Positions 9,537 to 18,389 of a stretch of DNA of 64,000 nt are shown here, in pieces. Below the pieces are notes generated by a model. The model was not told the origin of the DNA, ran no database searches, and was given only the letters and a program-made list of their open reading frames with translations. Each line of letters begins with the position of its first letter. Position 1 is the first letter of the stretch. Both the position numbers and the translations under genes were made by a program. Location: the sequence record OP752703.1; one strand, 5' to 3'.

Positions 9537-10052
9537 CTAAGATTGTGTTTCAACTTTCTCATGGAACAGATTCTTTAGGAAAGCCGCCTCTGGGCCATTT
9601 TGTGTTTGTGCAAATTGAGCCAGTTTTCGATAGGCCAGATTTTCTTTAAACCTACCCCATTCCCTTTGATAGTCATCATAGTCCTTCTGAGACGCTGATG
9701 AAGTTTGTCCTACTACAGTTGGAAGGTAGTTGGATATCTTGTTATAATCAGGGAGCGGGAGCGCCTTTTCAACATGGGAGATAGTATACCCTGCCATATC
9801 ACGGGAATACAACTGGTTTTTAATTATTGCATCCATCTTTTGGTACTGCTCACATCTGGTAGTAACGGCACCATAAGCCAATGCGAGTGCAAACTTATGA
9901 TTGGTATTGGTGAGAGTGGACGGCTCTCCATACCTAGCGGCATGGGTTACTCCATCATCTGTGATTGGCCCTTGTGTTTCTTCGGTGGACTCGATCATAT
10001 CCAAAATCATGGCAGATTTCAAGTCCAGTGCTGCGGGTAAATTATTGGTCAT
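9537..10052 (-). CDS. hypothetical protein (start uncertain)
   Basis: ORF track 9537..10253; start re-assigned to MTNNLP after GGAG. Confidence 0.6.
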   Translation of the reverse strand: MTNNLPAALDLKSAMILDMIESTEETQGPITDDGVTHAARYGEPSTLTNTNHKFALALAYGAVTTRCEQYQKMDAIIKNQLYSRDMAGYTISHVEKALPLPDYNKISNYLPTVVGQTSSASQKDYDDYQREWGRFKENLAYRKLAQFAQTQNGPEAAFLKNLFHEKVETQS

Positions 10053-10224
10053 TGTGTTAAACTCCTGTGTGTGCATATCTATTACATAAAATTCTGCGCG
10101 AGCAAGTCGCACAGACCGACTCAGATTCCAGACGGAATCAATCGCCGGTAGGGGAGTTGTTTTATAAAAGATATAATCTAATACCATACAAAACCATTGT
10201 AAAATCTTAACAGAAAAACTCTGG

Positions 10225-10254
10225 TTGTCAAGAAGAAGGTGAATCAGGTACAAT
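10225..10254 (+). promoter_or_regulatory. putative sigma70 promoter of the Tyr-rich array (leaderless)
   Basis: TTGTCA-18-TACAAT, ATG 6 nt after the -10. Confidence 0.5.
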
Positions 10255-10260
10255 CCAGCA

Positions 10261-10566
10261 ATGACCCTATACTACAGATACCCCGTAGGATTGATTGATC
10301 CTATCGACTATGAAGACCCACCCATCGCTCTCACGCCTGAATACAGCACTAAGATGGCAACACACGCCCATATGAGCATTGGTATGCATATGGAGGATTT
10401 GTTTAAGAAGTACCGCCCTGATGCTGTGCATAGAAGGCACAAGTACCATAAGCTGATGTTCATGAATGTGGAATACAACATGATCCCAGCCAAGTACGAA
10501 GTCAGGCATGCAGGAAATGGTGTAACACGAACCAATTATTTCACCATGGACTTTACCACTATATGA
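10261..10566 (+). CDS. Tyr-rich array member 1
   Basis: KLMFMNVEY (degenerate). Confidence 0.7.
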   Translation: MTLYYRYPVGLIDPIDYEDPPIALTPEYSTKMATHAHMSIGMHMEDLFKKYRPDAVHRRHKYHKLMFMNVEYNMIPAKYEVRHAGNGVTRTNYFTMDFTTI

Positions 10567-10814
10567 GCGATTACAGCATTGAAAAACGCAGACGTTTCCA
10601 TGCCAGACCCTTAAATGATTGGATTTATGATTTCAGAACAGGGAAGAAAATTTGTGACGCCATTGTTCACGATCTAAATGAAATCTTAAATGCAAATCGT
10701 CATTCCATCAAGAAGAACTTGATCTTTATGTATGAATTTGGGTTGACTCATACACCCATGGGACCGTATACTTACGGGACTAATAACCAATATATTACTG
10801 TCGAACTGAAATGA
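10563..10814 (+). CDS. Tyr-rich array member 2
   Basis: KNLIFMYEF. Confidence 0.8.
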   Translation: MSDYSIEKRRRFHARPLNDWIYDFRTGKKICDAIVHDLNEILNANRHSIKKNLIFMYEFGLTHTPMGPYTYGTNNQYITVELK

Positions 10815-11104
10815 AACCCCAACTACCTTCACTGTATTCATTCATATCCAACATCAGTAGAGAATACGGTGATGGTCGAGAGCTAATGGTATCGCTGTCC
10901 GTCTATCTAAGACAGGACTACACGAAAAAGATCACCATGTTCAGTCCACGTAATCGAATCGAGTTCAAATACTTCATGTACTTCTATGATATGGGAGGCG
11001 TGAAAGAAGACACCGATTGTGATTTCGATGGTTTTTACATTGACTATGAGATTTCCGCACGAAGGACCACTAAGAGTCTGAACATGCAACGATTTGGACA
11101 TTGA
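10811..11104 (+). CDS. Tyr-rich array member 3
   Basis: KYFMYFYDM. Confidence 0.8.
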   Translation: MKPQLPSLYSFISNISREYGDGRELMVSLSVYLRQDYTKKITMFSPRNRIEFKYFMYFYDMGGVKEDTDCDFDGFYIDYEISARRTTKSLNMQRFGH

Positions 11105-11107
11105 GCT

Positions 11108-11374
11108 ATGAATAAGGGAAATACTGTAAGAACTTGGAGTGTTGGAGTAAAGATCGCCCACATATTCCATAGGAATTCGGATTTAGATTTTACTCACATG
11201 CCCCGATTCCGTTCATATAAAATAGAAATGGATTCTTATACTACAGAACCGGAAATCTACTATAGGCATATCGTTCATGGCTTAAAACAATATCATCGTA
11301 ATTACGATTTCGATTCATACATGGAACCGGAATATGCAAATTATGAAGAGTATGCAGAGGTAGCATATCCATGA
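11108..11374 (+). CDS. Tyr-rich array member 4
   Basis: KQYHRNYDF. Confidence 0.8.
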   Translation: MNKGNTVRTWSVGVKIAHIFHRNSDLDFTHMPRFRSYKIEMDSYTTEPEIYYRHIVHGLKQYHRNYDFDSYMEPEYANYEEYAEVAYP

Positions 11375-11586
11375 ATATGTTGTTCCATACTGTTCTTCCG
11401 AATAAAAACATTGGTATCATACCAACCATCTATATTCAAAAATTGAAACCAAGTCACTATAACCGTTCTACTATAGATAATAAGTTTGCAAAACTGTGCA
11501 TATTCGTATACGAACATATGAATCATAAATCACCGATAATTATCGATGACAAGCATGTAACATCGTTATTTTACAAGGAATACTGA
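11371..11586 (+). CDS. Tyr-rich array member 5
   Basis: KLCIFVYEH. Confidence 0.75.
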   Translation: MNMLFHTVLPNKNIGIIPTIYIQKLKPSHYNRSTIDNKFAKLCIFVYEHMNHKSPIIIDDKHVTSLFYKEY

Positions 11587-11820
11587 ATGCAGCATATAGT
11601 AAGTATATCACTTAAGGCCGGAAATTCTAAAAACGGAATTCCATTAGATTGGGATCGCTTCCCTGTGGTATATCTAGTAAATCATATTGTAGTTAAAGAA
11701 GGGTGTGACTACTTTCAAGTAATGAGTAATCAGTATAAAAATTACATGATTCTGTATGAATTCAGAGATTTTTTATTGGATGATGTTGTAATTGATTCTA
11801 AATCTTTAAGGTATATGTAA
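11587..11820 (+). CDS. Tyr-rich array member 6
   Basis: KNYMILYEF. Confidence 0.8.
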   Translation: MQHIVSISLKAGNSKNGIPLDWDRFPVVYLVNHIVVKEGCDYFQVMSNQYKNYMILYEFRDFLLDDVVIDSKSLRYM

Positions 11821-12066
11821 ATGCATTTCTATAGATTTGATAGAGCAAAGCCTAAAAAGTTATGCTCAACTGATATTTCTAAGGGCTTTGAATGCCCAAG
11901 GTTCATTACTGCGGCAGAGTTATATTATGGACAAAGATTTACGTCTTTCTCACTGATGACCTTTAAAAATAATATGATGATAACAGACTTCATGACTTAT
12001 ACCGATATCGTATTTAAAGATAATGTCGGTCCCTTAAAGCTGTTCGTAGTAGAGTACACAATATAA
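11821..12066 (+). CDS. Tyr-rich array member 7
   Basis: KNNMMITDF (degenerate). Confidence 0.7.
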   Translation: MHFYRFDRAKPKKLCSTDISKGFECPRFITAAELYYGQRFTSFSLMTFKNNMMITDFMTYTDIVFKDNVGPLKLFVVEYTI

Positions 12067-12356
12067 TGAGCTTTATATCTTATTTTCGTAGTAGAAAGTT
12101 GAAGCCAAAGCACCCCGATAATCTACATTTCATAATTACTATTCATTTTGGGATGTGGGATTGTGATTCTTTGGAAGTTGCAAACCATAGGATATTGGCT
12201 TGGACGGTTAAACATTCAATACTAAAATATGATTTTCAGATGTTTGATGAAATTAAATTCGGGGAGCTTACTGATAAACATCCAGCACCATATCCATTTG
12301 CTTATAATTCGGATCAAGGTAAATGGAAGATGATAATATCATATCAAGGATTATAA
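12066..12356 (+). CDS. Tyr-rich array member 8
   Basis: KHSILKYDF. Confidence 0.8.
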   Translation: MSFISYFRSRKLKPKHPDNLHFIITIHFGMWDCDSLEVANHRILAWTVKHSILKYDFQMFDEIKFGELTDKHPAPYPFAYNSDQGKWKMIISYQGL

Positions 12357-12610
12357 TGAAGGCACAAATAGATTTAACAACAACGAGTGTTTATTTCGAT
12401 GTTAAAACGAGGAATATTGAATTTCGAACTATGCCTGAATGGATATGTTGGAATGGAGAACCACGACCTCATGCGAATTTGAGAATAAAGGATTGGCAAG
12501 CTAAAGATTATCTTAGATTGTATGACTTTCAAGCATATGATGTTAATACAGTATTCCAATATAATTCGGACTTCGACGAATCCACTCGATTCAATTTTAA
12601 CCCATTATGA
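12356..12610 (+). CDS. Tyr-rich array member 9
   Basis: KDYLRLYDF; start at TAATG overlap. Confidence 0.8.
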   Translation: MKAQIDLTTTSVYFDVKTRNIEFRTMPEWICWNGEPRPHANLRIKDWQAKDYLRLYDFQAYDVNTVFQYNSDFDESTRFNFNPL

Positions 12611-12870
12611 GTATTTTAAACGTTTATAGATGGCCGTACTATAATGGTTCGGACTACTGTGAATCTATTCTGTATCATGAATCCCAAAAAGATTCCGCTG
12701 GCCGTCTGGCGGATGCATTATACCTCGCAGCGCCCTACAGTCATGCTATAATCCGAAAGAACAAGCATTATTTGATGGCGTATGATTTCCAAGACTGTCT
12801 ACGCATCTATACTTTGAATCAGGTTAATGAAATGTTGACGGTGATATCAGTTAGAGGCTATGGTAAATGA
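12607..12870 (+). CDS. Tyr-rich array member 10
   Basis: KHYLMAYDF. Confidence 0.8.
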   Translation: MSILNVYRWPYYNGSDYCESILYHESQKDSAGRLADALYLAAPYSHAIIRKNKHYLMAYDFQDCLRIYTLNQVNEMLTVISVRGYGK

Positions 12871-13106
12871 AAAACATACCAGCGTACAGTAGAGAAATGG
12901 ATAGTATTGTCTTCCGAATGACAAATAAACTTACTAGAGGACCATTCCTCAACATGGTCGAGGAACACAAATTCTCAAGAGATAGTATTTTAAGAAGAAA
13001 AGAACACATGCTATTGTATGAATTCGGCGACTTGGGAGTTAAGAGTCAGTCTACGACCCCGGATTTCACATTTATTCGATACAAAAGTTTGAGGAATGAT
13101 CGATGA
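12867..13106 (+). CDS. Tyr-rich array member 11
   Basis: KEHMLLYEF. Confidence 0.8.
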   Translation: MKNIPAYSREMDSIVFRMTNKLTRGPFLNMVEEHKFSRDSILRRKEHMLLYEFGDLGVKSQSTTPDFTFIRYKSLRNDR

Positions 13107-13351
13107 TAGAAAAGCCAACTAACAAATATTACATGTTTAGTAAAGGTGGTCACCAGAATTTCCTTTCACTTTTCATATTTAAGGAAGGCGGATTAAAGTT
13201 ATACGCTAACACTATACATAAACCCTCACCAATTACGGTTAAAGCGCAGAAATTAGGACTGTATTACATGGAATACGGGGAATATCTGTTTGAATTAATT
13301 GAACAAGAATCACCATATTACATTCAAATGCAGTATACATTTAAAAAGTAA
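13103..13351 (+). CDS. Tyr-rich array member 12
   Basis: KLGLYYMEY (degenerate). Confidence 0.75.
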   Translation: MIEKPTNKYYMFSKGGHQNFLSLFIFKEGGLKLYANTIHKPSPITVKAQKLGLYYMEYGEYLFELIEQESPYYIQMQYTFKK

Positions 13352-13357
13352 ACCACT

Positions 13358-13576
13358 ATGCCAGTAATGAAACGCCTACATTTTATAACACTTAATGGTG
13401 TAGCTCTAAAATTACCATTAATTAGATTCGCTCACCATTCAGATATTGATTTTGCTACTCCATTTCGCGCAAAACAAGCCAAACAATTCCATCTTTTATA
13501 CGATTTCATAGACTGCGATAATCATAAATTGTATTCATTTACCAAATCGGATATATTATACGGACCAGAGAAATGA
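13358..13576 (+). CDS. Tyr-rich array member 13
   Basis: KQFHLLYDF. Confidence 0.8.
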   Translation: MPVMKRLHFITLNGVALKLPLIRFAHHSDIDFATPFRAKQAKQFHLLYDFIDCDNHKLYSFTKSDILYGPEK

Positions 13577-13818
13577 TTTCATTCTATGAAATGTATGAAA
13601 TTAACCCCAGCGGTTATAGGGAAACGAGTTATTATCTTCTTTCTAAGAAAGGTAAAGAGCAATACGGACAATATTTAATGGTTCAGAGAAGATTAGCGCA
13701 CACAATTCTTCATGAATCTAAGTTAGCTCTATTTCATTATGAAGTTTCTGACTCTGTTGAGATATACATTCTAGGGGTGTGCGAAGAATACACTTCAATT
13801 GCGATGAGATTCCAATGA
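13573..13818 (+). CDS. Tyr-rich array member 14
   Basis: KLALFHYEV. Confidence 0.8.
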   Translation: MISFYEMYEINPSGYRETSYYLLSKKGKEQYGQYLMVQRRLAHTILHESKLALFHYEVSDSVEIYILGVCEEYTSIAMRFQ

Positions 13819-14084
13819 AAAGCATTCCAGTTTTATATACAAAATCTGTCGATTGGGGTGATCCAAAATGGTCGGACCCAATTGGATTCTATGAATGGGT
13901 TTATTATATGTCTAAACCTACAGATTTCATACATTCTGACAGAAAATTCAAAAGAACATTTCTATATCAATATGATTTCGGTTTTATAGAGGCCCAAGAG
14001 CATATTCGAGACTGTGAAGCATATCTAGATCAGACATACACCGAAAGGGTTAGATACTTAGCACTAGGATACACGCCATTATGA
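13815..14084 (+). CDS. Tyr-rich array member 15
   Basis: RTFLYQYDF; start at ATGA overlap. Confidence 0.8.
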   Translation: MKSIPVLYTKSVDWGDPKWSDPIGFYEWVYYMSKPTDFIHSDRKFKRTFLYQYDFGFIEAQEHIRDCEAYLDQTYTERVRYLALGYTPL

Positions 14085-14356
14085 CACGATTAGTTTACGG
14101 ACTTCGCGTGGCAGTGAAGACTACTCCACATGTATGCAAAATAACCAACCTTAGTAAGCTTCCTAGATTGTGGATATCTATATCTAAGACGCCCACTAAT
14201 GTATTACCAGAACACTTTCCACAATCACATGCAAGTCAATCCACTATTGCAAAACTGCACCTTTTGTACTATGATTATACTTACGATGATTTTGTTTTAA
14301 CACATGTCTATGAATCAGATTCACGATATTACGGGTACACATATTTGTATGAATAA
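14081..14356 (+). CDS. Tyr-rich array member 16
   Basis: KLHLLYYDY. Confidence 0.8.
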   Translation: MTRLVYGLRVAVKTTPHVCKITNLSKLPRLWISISKTPTNVLPEHFPQSHASQSTIAKLHLLYYDYTYDDFVLTHVYESDSRYYGYTYLYE

Positions 14357-14358
14357 TT

Positions 14359-14598
14359 ATGAGAAATGATGGCATTGTAGAGGAAGAATCACTTCTGTTC
14401 ATCTACTTCTACTCAAAGGGTATGAGGGAAGATCGCAAGCTTGATATCTACAACACAGTCCAGACCCCATATTGTATTCAGATGCGTAAGCAATTCTATT
14501 ACTACTACGATTTCCTACAAGTTACTAAGATTGAATCCATGTATGAATGTGATGAATTCTTTAACATTGACCTATATTATGGGGATAAGCTACAATGA
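14359..14598 (+). CDS. Tyr-rich array member 17
   Basis: KQFYYYYDF. Confidence 0.8.
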   Translation: MRNDGIVEEESLLFIYFYSKGMREDRKLDIYNTVQTPYCIQMRKQFYYYYDFLQVTKIESMYECDEFFNIDLYYGDKLQ

Positions 14599-14837
14599 CA
14601 ATACTGTATGGATTCGATACTAATAATATAGAAAGCAAAACCTGTTACTTGTATGTCGTAACAAAGGAACAAGAAAAACATCATGGTGGACTAATCGAGT
14701 ATATGACATTTTATCCAGAGACAGCCATGGCTAGGAAGAATCACTTTGCTTACTACGATTTTTTATATAGAAATAAGATATTAGCGTTTCTTCCTAACGA
14801 CAATAATCTATTATACATTTATTATGAAGCAGTCTAA
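14595..14837 (+). CDS. Tyr-rich array member 18
   Basis: KNHFAYYDF. Confidence 0.8.
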   Translation: MTILYGFDTNNIESKTCYLYVVTKEQEKHHGGLIEYMTFYPETAMARKNHFAYYDFLYRNKILAFLPNDNNLLYIYYEAV

Positions 14838-15081
14838 CATTTGCCGCGCAGGCGTTCAGAATCAGTTCAATAAGGCAAGTCTGTCAACGGTAAAGCTGGC
14901 CTATTTTGTAACCTATCATATTGTTACCGACCCTCCGACATTCAATCCATATGTGGAGGTTCCCGGTTGCAATATTGACGATCTAAAGCGTTATCTGCTA
15001 TATTACGAATTCATTCCCCGCAATACGTACTTCTATCATGACAAGAGTACGGGAGGATATATGGTGTCTTATGAGGAATAA
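14824..15081 (+). CDS. Tyr-rich array member 19
   Basis: KRYLLYYEF. Confidence 0.8.
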   Translation: MKQSNICRAGVQNQFNKASLSTVKLAYFVTYHIVTDPPTFNPYVEVPGCNIDDLKRYLLYYEFIPRNTYFYHDKSTGGYMVSYEE

Positions 15082-15322
15082 TGAATACCTGATCTATCCT
15101 CCGTTGAATTTGATGTTCTGTACCTTCACGTCAAAGTTTACAGCGCAGAAGCCCCATTCAAGTCGCATGAAGGTGTTCATGATGCGCTATGAGTTTCTGT
15201 TAGAGACATATAAGCGAATCATTAATCTAGTAGAGAAAGACCCCCGGACAGCCTTATGCCATTGTCGATTACATGTACCAAGATTGAACAATTATCCTAT
15301 GCATCTTCCCATAAAGATGTAA
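15071..15322 (+). CDS. Tyr-rich array member 20
   Basis: KVFMMRYEF; start uncertain. Confidence 0.75.
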   Translation: MRNNEYLIYPPLNLMFCTFTSKFTAQKPHSSRMKVFMMRYEFLLETYKRIINLVEKDPRTALCHCRLHVPRLNNYPMHLPIKM

Positions 15323-15492
15323 CATTTGTGGCCTACGAGACTCCTATTCCGGTATCAAATAATGGGAAAGTGAGAAATTTAAAAGCTAGAAAGTATTACA
15401 TGGCTCATTATGAATTTCTCATGGGTGAATTTGAAATTGTCCATACCCCTAAAAAAGAATACTACATCATAGACTACCTATATGGACTATAA
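15256..15492 (+). CDS. Tyr-rich array member 21
   Basis: KYYMAHYEF. Confidence 0.8.
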   Translation: MPLSITCTKIEQLSYASSHKDVTFVAYETPIPVSNNGKVRNLKARKYYMAHYEFLMGEFEIVHTPKKEYYIIDYLYGL

Positions 15493-15691
15493 TTATTACT
15501 TATATCGCTCTGGCGGTGCCGATGTAGCCTTCATGACCTCTAGTTATGGCTACACAATTGATGACATAGAAACTTATACACGCACTGTAAAGTATTACAT
15601 GGCCCGATATGACCTCTTATTTGATATCAATAACGTCAAATTCTACCCCTCGCATGACTATTGTATGGTAGACTATACCTATGAAGAATAG
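15482..15691 (+). CDS. Tyr-rich array member 22
   Basis: KYYMARYDL. Confidence 0.8.
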   Translation: MDYNYYLYRSGGADVAFMTSSYGYTIDDIETYTRTVKYYMARYDLLFDINNVKFYPSHDYCMVDYTYEE

Positions 15692-15932
15692 TTTCGGTGC
15701 ATACACTTACTTTGAAAAGGACAATCTACACCTAGACTCCTACTTTGTTACCCGTAGTCAGGAAGACGCTTATAAGATGGATTACAAGGTCGCCCATAAG
15801 CAAGAAGCCAAAATCTATCTGGCCCGCTATGATCTAATCTTCGAAGCATATCACGTTAACTTTGTCAACGTTACCAACTTCATCAACGATCCATACCGTA
15901 TGATTGAGTACCAACATGCCCCACCCGAATGA
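15681..15932 (+). CDS. Tyr-rich array member 23
   Basis: KIYLARYDL. Confidence 0.8.
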   Translation: MKNSFGAYTYFEKDNLHLDSYFVTRSQEDAYKMDYKVAHKQEAKIYLARYDLIFEAYHVNFVNVTNFINDPYRMIEYQHAPPE

Positions 15933-16161
15933 CACTGACAATGAAGATTATGTATCTGTGAACGTTCCGAGCAGAAACAGCGCTGGAGTTTATGGATCGG
16001 TGATCTACTTTGTTTCATACAGATTCAAGAAGGCAGACCGCCATCTTAGAAACATATCCTCCCGAAAACACTACCTCAATATCTATGATTTCATTGATAA
16101 AGATGGGGAAATAAACTACCACGACGAAGGCGCATTATCTATGGTAGAATATAAAACATGA
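15904..16161 (+). CDS. Tyr-rich array member 24
   Basis: KHYLNIYDF. Confidence 0.8.
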   Translation: MSTNMPHPNDTDNEDYVSVNVPSRNSAGVYGSVIYFVSYRFKKADRHLRNISSRKHYLNIYDFIDKDGEINYHDEGALSMVEYKT

Positions 16162-16397
16162 AGATTCCAACCCAACAAGTCGCAACCTATATGTCCTCGT
16201 TAATTAATATGAACGGGGACGTTGTTTCATTGGAATTCTACAACTATGAGCTAAATGAAGACGATGAATACGACTTCCCTACAGAACATGACGAATCTAA
16301 AGATTTCCTCAGACTGTATGACTTCATGGGCCATGTAATGCGACTTACATTCGTTAGAACCTACCGAAGAGCCGTGGGAATTGAGTACGACCTATGA
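16158..16397 (+). CDS. Tyr-rich array member 25
   Basis: KDFLRLYDF, ends GIEYDL. Confidence 0.8.
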   Translation: MKIPTQQVATYMSSLINMNGDVVSLEFYNYELNEDDEYDFPTEHDESKDFLRLYDFMGHVMRLTFVRTYRRAVGIEYDL

Positions 16398-16639
16398 CAG
16401 AAATCAATAGAAACTTCTACTACTGGTATACGCCCCAAAACTATAACCATTCCACAACGGCCACTATCGGCGTTGGAATGATTAGCTACCGTATATCTAA
16501 ACACAACACGTTTGCATTCGACATTAGCCCTAAAGATATAAAAACCTACCATCGAATCTATGACTTCTGTTTCGACCAAGCCACCATTAGAGTCAATCTA
16601 ATGAAAGCTAATGGAACCAGAATCGAGTACGAACTATGA
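16394..16639 (+). CDS. Tyr-rich array member 26
   Basis: KTYHRIYDF, ends RIEYEL. Confidence 0.8.
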   Translation: MTEINRNFYYWYTPQNYNHSTTATIGVGMISYRISKHNTFAFDISPKDIKTYHRIYDFCFDQATIRVNLMKANGTRIEYEL

Positions 16640-16848
16640 TTTTATTTACAATCCGCTATGCCTACTCCTACTGCGAAACTAAAGGCATCGGCTACCTAAA
16701 CTATAATAGTGCGTCGGATAATGAATATGACTTCGATGCCTATGAACAGAAACTCTACCTGCAAAGGTATGACTTCCTAGTAGACCAAATGAGGCGTGAG
16801 TGCTATGATAAGCCCTATAAGGCAGTAAGAATTGAGTATGAGATATGA
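16636..16848 (+). CDS. Tyr-rich array member 27
   Basis: KLYLQRYDF, ends RIEYEI. Confidence 0.85.
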   Translation: MILFTIRYAYSYCETKGIGYLNYNSASDNEYDFDAYEQKLYLQRYDFLVDQMRRECYDKPYKAVRIEYEI

Positions 16849-17066
16849 CCTACAGACACACCTATTCCTTTGAGTATGAATCACAAGTCGGCTTCATTAT
16901 TGGAGCGGGCTTCGTATGCTGTCCAGTCAGTCAGTATAGCGGTGAAGACAACTCCCCCTTTAATCTAAAGCTGTATCTCAACCGATACGACTTCCTAGAA
17001 ACCGAAGAGTCTGCTTCATTCTTCTATCAAGCATATGGTGCAGTCAAAATCGAGTACGAATTCTGA
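16845..17066 (+). CDS. Tyr-rich array member 28
   Basis: KLYLNRYDF, ends KIEYEF. Confidence 0.85.
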   Translation: MTYRHTYSFEYESQVGFIIGAGFVCCPVSQYSGEDNSPFNLKLYLNRYDFLETEESASFFYQAYGAVKIEYEF

Positions 17067-17314
17067 TGCATAGACTCCAATACTCCTTCGAATACCAAAC
17101 CGGCCATCGTTTTAAACCTTTTAACACCATTATCAATGGTGCCTGTTATATGTGCTACCCTGATAATCTCACTAAAGATGAATCAGAAGAACTTAAAAAG
17201 CCATTAAGACATAAGATATATTTTCAACGATACGACTTCCTAATGGATCAACAAATAAATCCCTTCTATTATGGATCATACAATCAAATCAAAATCGATT
17301 ACGAATTCCAATGA
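17066..17314 (+). CDS. Tyr-rich array member 29
   Basis: KIYFQRYDF, ends KIDYEFQ. Confidence 0.85.
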   Translation: MHRLQYSFEYQTGHRFKPFNTIINGACYMCYPDNLTKDESEELKKPLRHKIYFQRYDFLMDQQINPFYYGSYNQIKIDYEFQ

Positions 17315-17523
17315 GTAATAATCAAGCCTACGCCATCGGCGACTGTAACAATATCTTCTACTTCCTCGTCTGTAAAACCATGGACTTGAAATATGAAGTC
17401 ATTGCTTTGCATAGAAGAAAAGCCTACATGCTATACTACGATATGTTCATCGATTCCATAACAGCAGACTGTAATCAGAACCACTATCACGAATACCTAA
17501 TGTGGAGATATGAACTTCAATGA
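17311..17523 (+). CDS. Tyr-rich array member 30
   Basis: KAYMLYYDM. Confidence 0.8.
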   Translation: MSNNQAYAIGDCNNIFYFLVCKTMDLKYEVIALHRRKAYMLYYDMFIDSITADCNQNHYHEYLMWRYELQ

Positions 17524-17732
17524 ACAAGTATTACATGAAAGACCTCAGTCCACTCAATCCACACCCCTATCACTGCATCGGATTCAGTGACGACCACCTG
17601 TCACATCTATACTTTAATTCATCTATTGCCGATGCGAAATTCCATCTGCTACACTACGACTTCAACAATATCCGTTCTTGGGAGCAAACCACTAATGGAT
17701 ATGAAGTAACTATGTGTGTATACCACCTATGA
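17520..17732 (+). CDS. Tyr-rich array member 31
   Basis: KFHLLHYDFNNI. Confidence 0.85.
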   Translation: MNKYYMKDLSPLNPHPYHCIGFSDDHLSHLYFNSSIADAKFHLLHYDFNNIRSWEQTTNGYEVTMCVYHL

Positions 17733-17962
17733 ACATTTATTACATTTCAAATATAAATCCAGAAGAAGGATACATCGGTAAACTATCAGCCGACTCCCCT
17801 TTCTATGCCCTAGGTTTCACCCCTAGAGATATGCGTGTCTATAACGCCCATAGCAGAGTACACACAAAGCTATATCTAAATCGCTACGAATTCACAGAAG
17901 CATCAGACTGGAAAACCACAATCAACGGCAGAGACGAACCCATGGTGATGTATTACGTATGA
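17729..17962 (+). CDS. Tyr-rich array member 32
   Basis: KLYLNRYEF; start at ATGA overlap. Confidence 0.8.
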   Translation: MNIYYISNINPEEGYIGKLSADSPFYALGFTPRDMRVYNAHSRVHTKLYLNRYEFTEASDWKTTINGRDEPMVMYYV

Positions 17963-18180
17963 ATAAGTTCTACACCTATTACACGACAGACCTTGATTTC
18001 TCTCCTAAAGCTACCTATCACCTAATAGGATTCTGTAGTACACACAAGGACTACCTATACCGCCCGGAATCTATAGCCGACGCAAAGATTCATCTACTCA
18101 ACTACGACTTCAATAATATACGAAAGTGGTCCCATTCCGTTGATAGACACAATATCACTATGGTAGTATACAATCTATGA
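17959..18180 (+). CDS. Tyr-rich array member 33
   Basis: KIHLLNYDFNNI. Confidence 0.85.
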   Translation: MNKFYTYYTTDLDFSPKATYHLIGFCSTHKDYLYRPESIADAKIHLLNYDFNNIRKWSHSVDRHNITMVVYNL

Positions 18181-18389
18181 AGCACTATTACATCACCGAT
18201 GCCGATATCAAAGAAACTCCATCCTATCACGGCATTGGATTCGATAACAGATTCCCATCCTACCTGTACTCCCCTGTAGGACGACACGACGCAAAGATTC
18301 ATCTACTCAACTACGACTTCAATAATATCCCATCTTGGTATCACACCACTAATAATGCAAAGGTCACATTAGTCATATACAACCTATGA
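18177..18389 (+). CDS. Tyr-rich array member 34
   Basis: KIHLLNYDFNNI. Confidence 0.85.
   Translation: MKHYYITDADIKETPSYHGIGFDNRFPSYLYSPVGRHDAKIHLLNYDFNNIPSWYHTTNNAKVTLVIYNL

Noticed and set aside
9705-11526. Opposite-strand or alternate-frame ORFs (e.g. 9705..10040, 10267..10509, 10907..11170, 11241..11429)
   Set aside because: Shadows of better-supported genes; no RBS, motif or codon bias.
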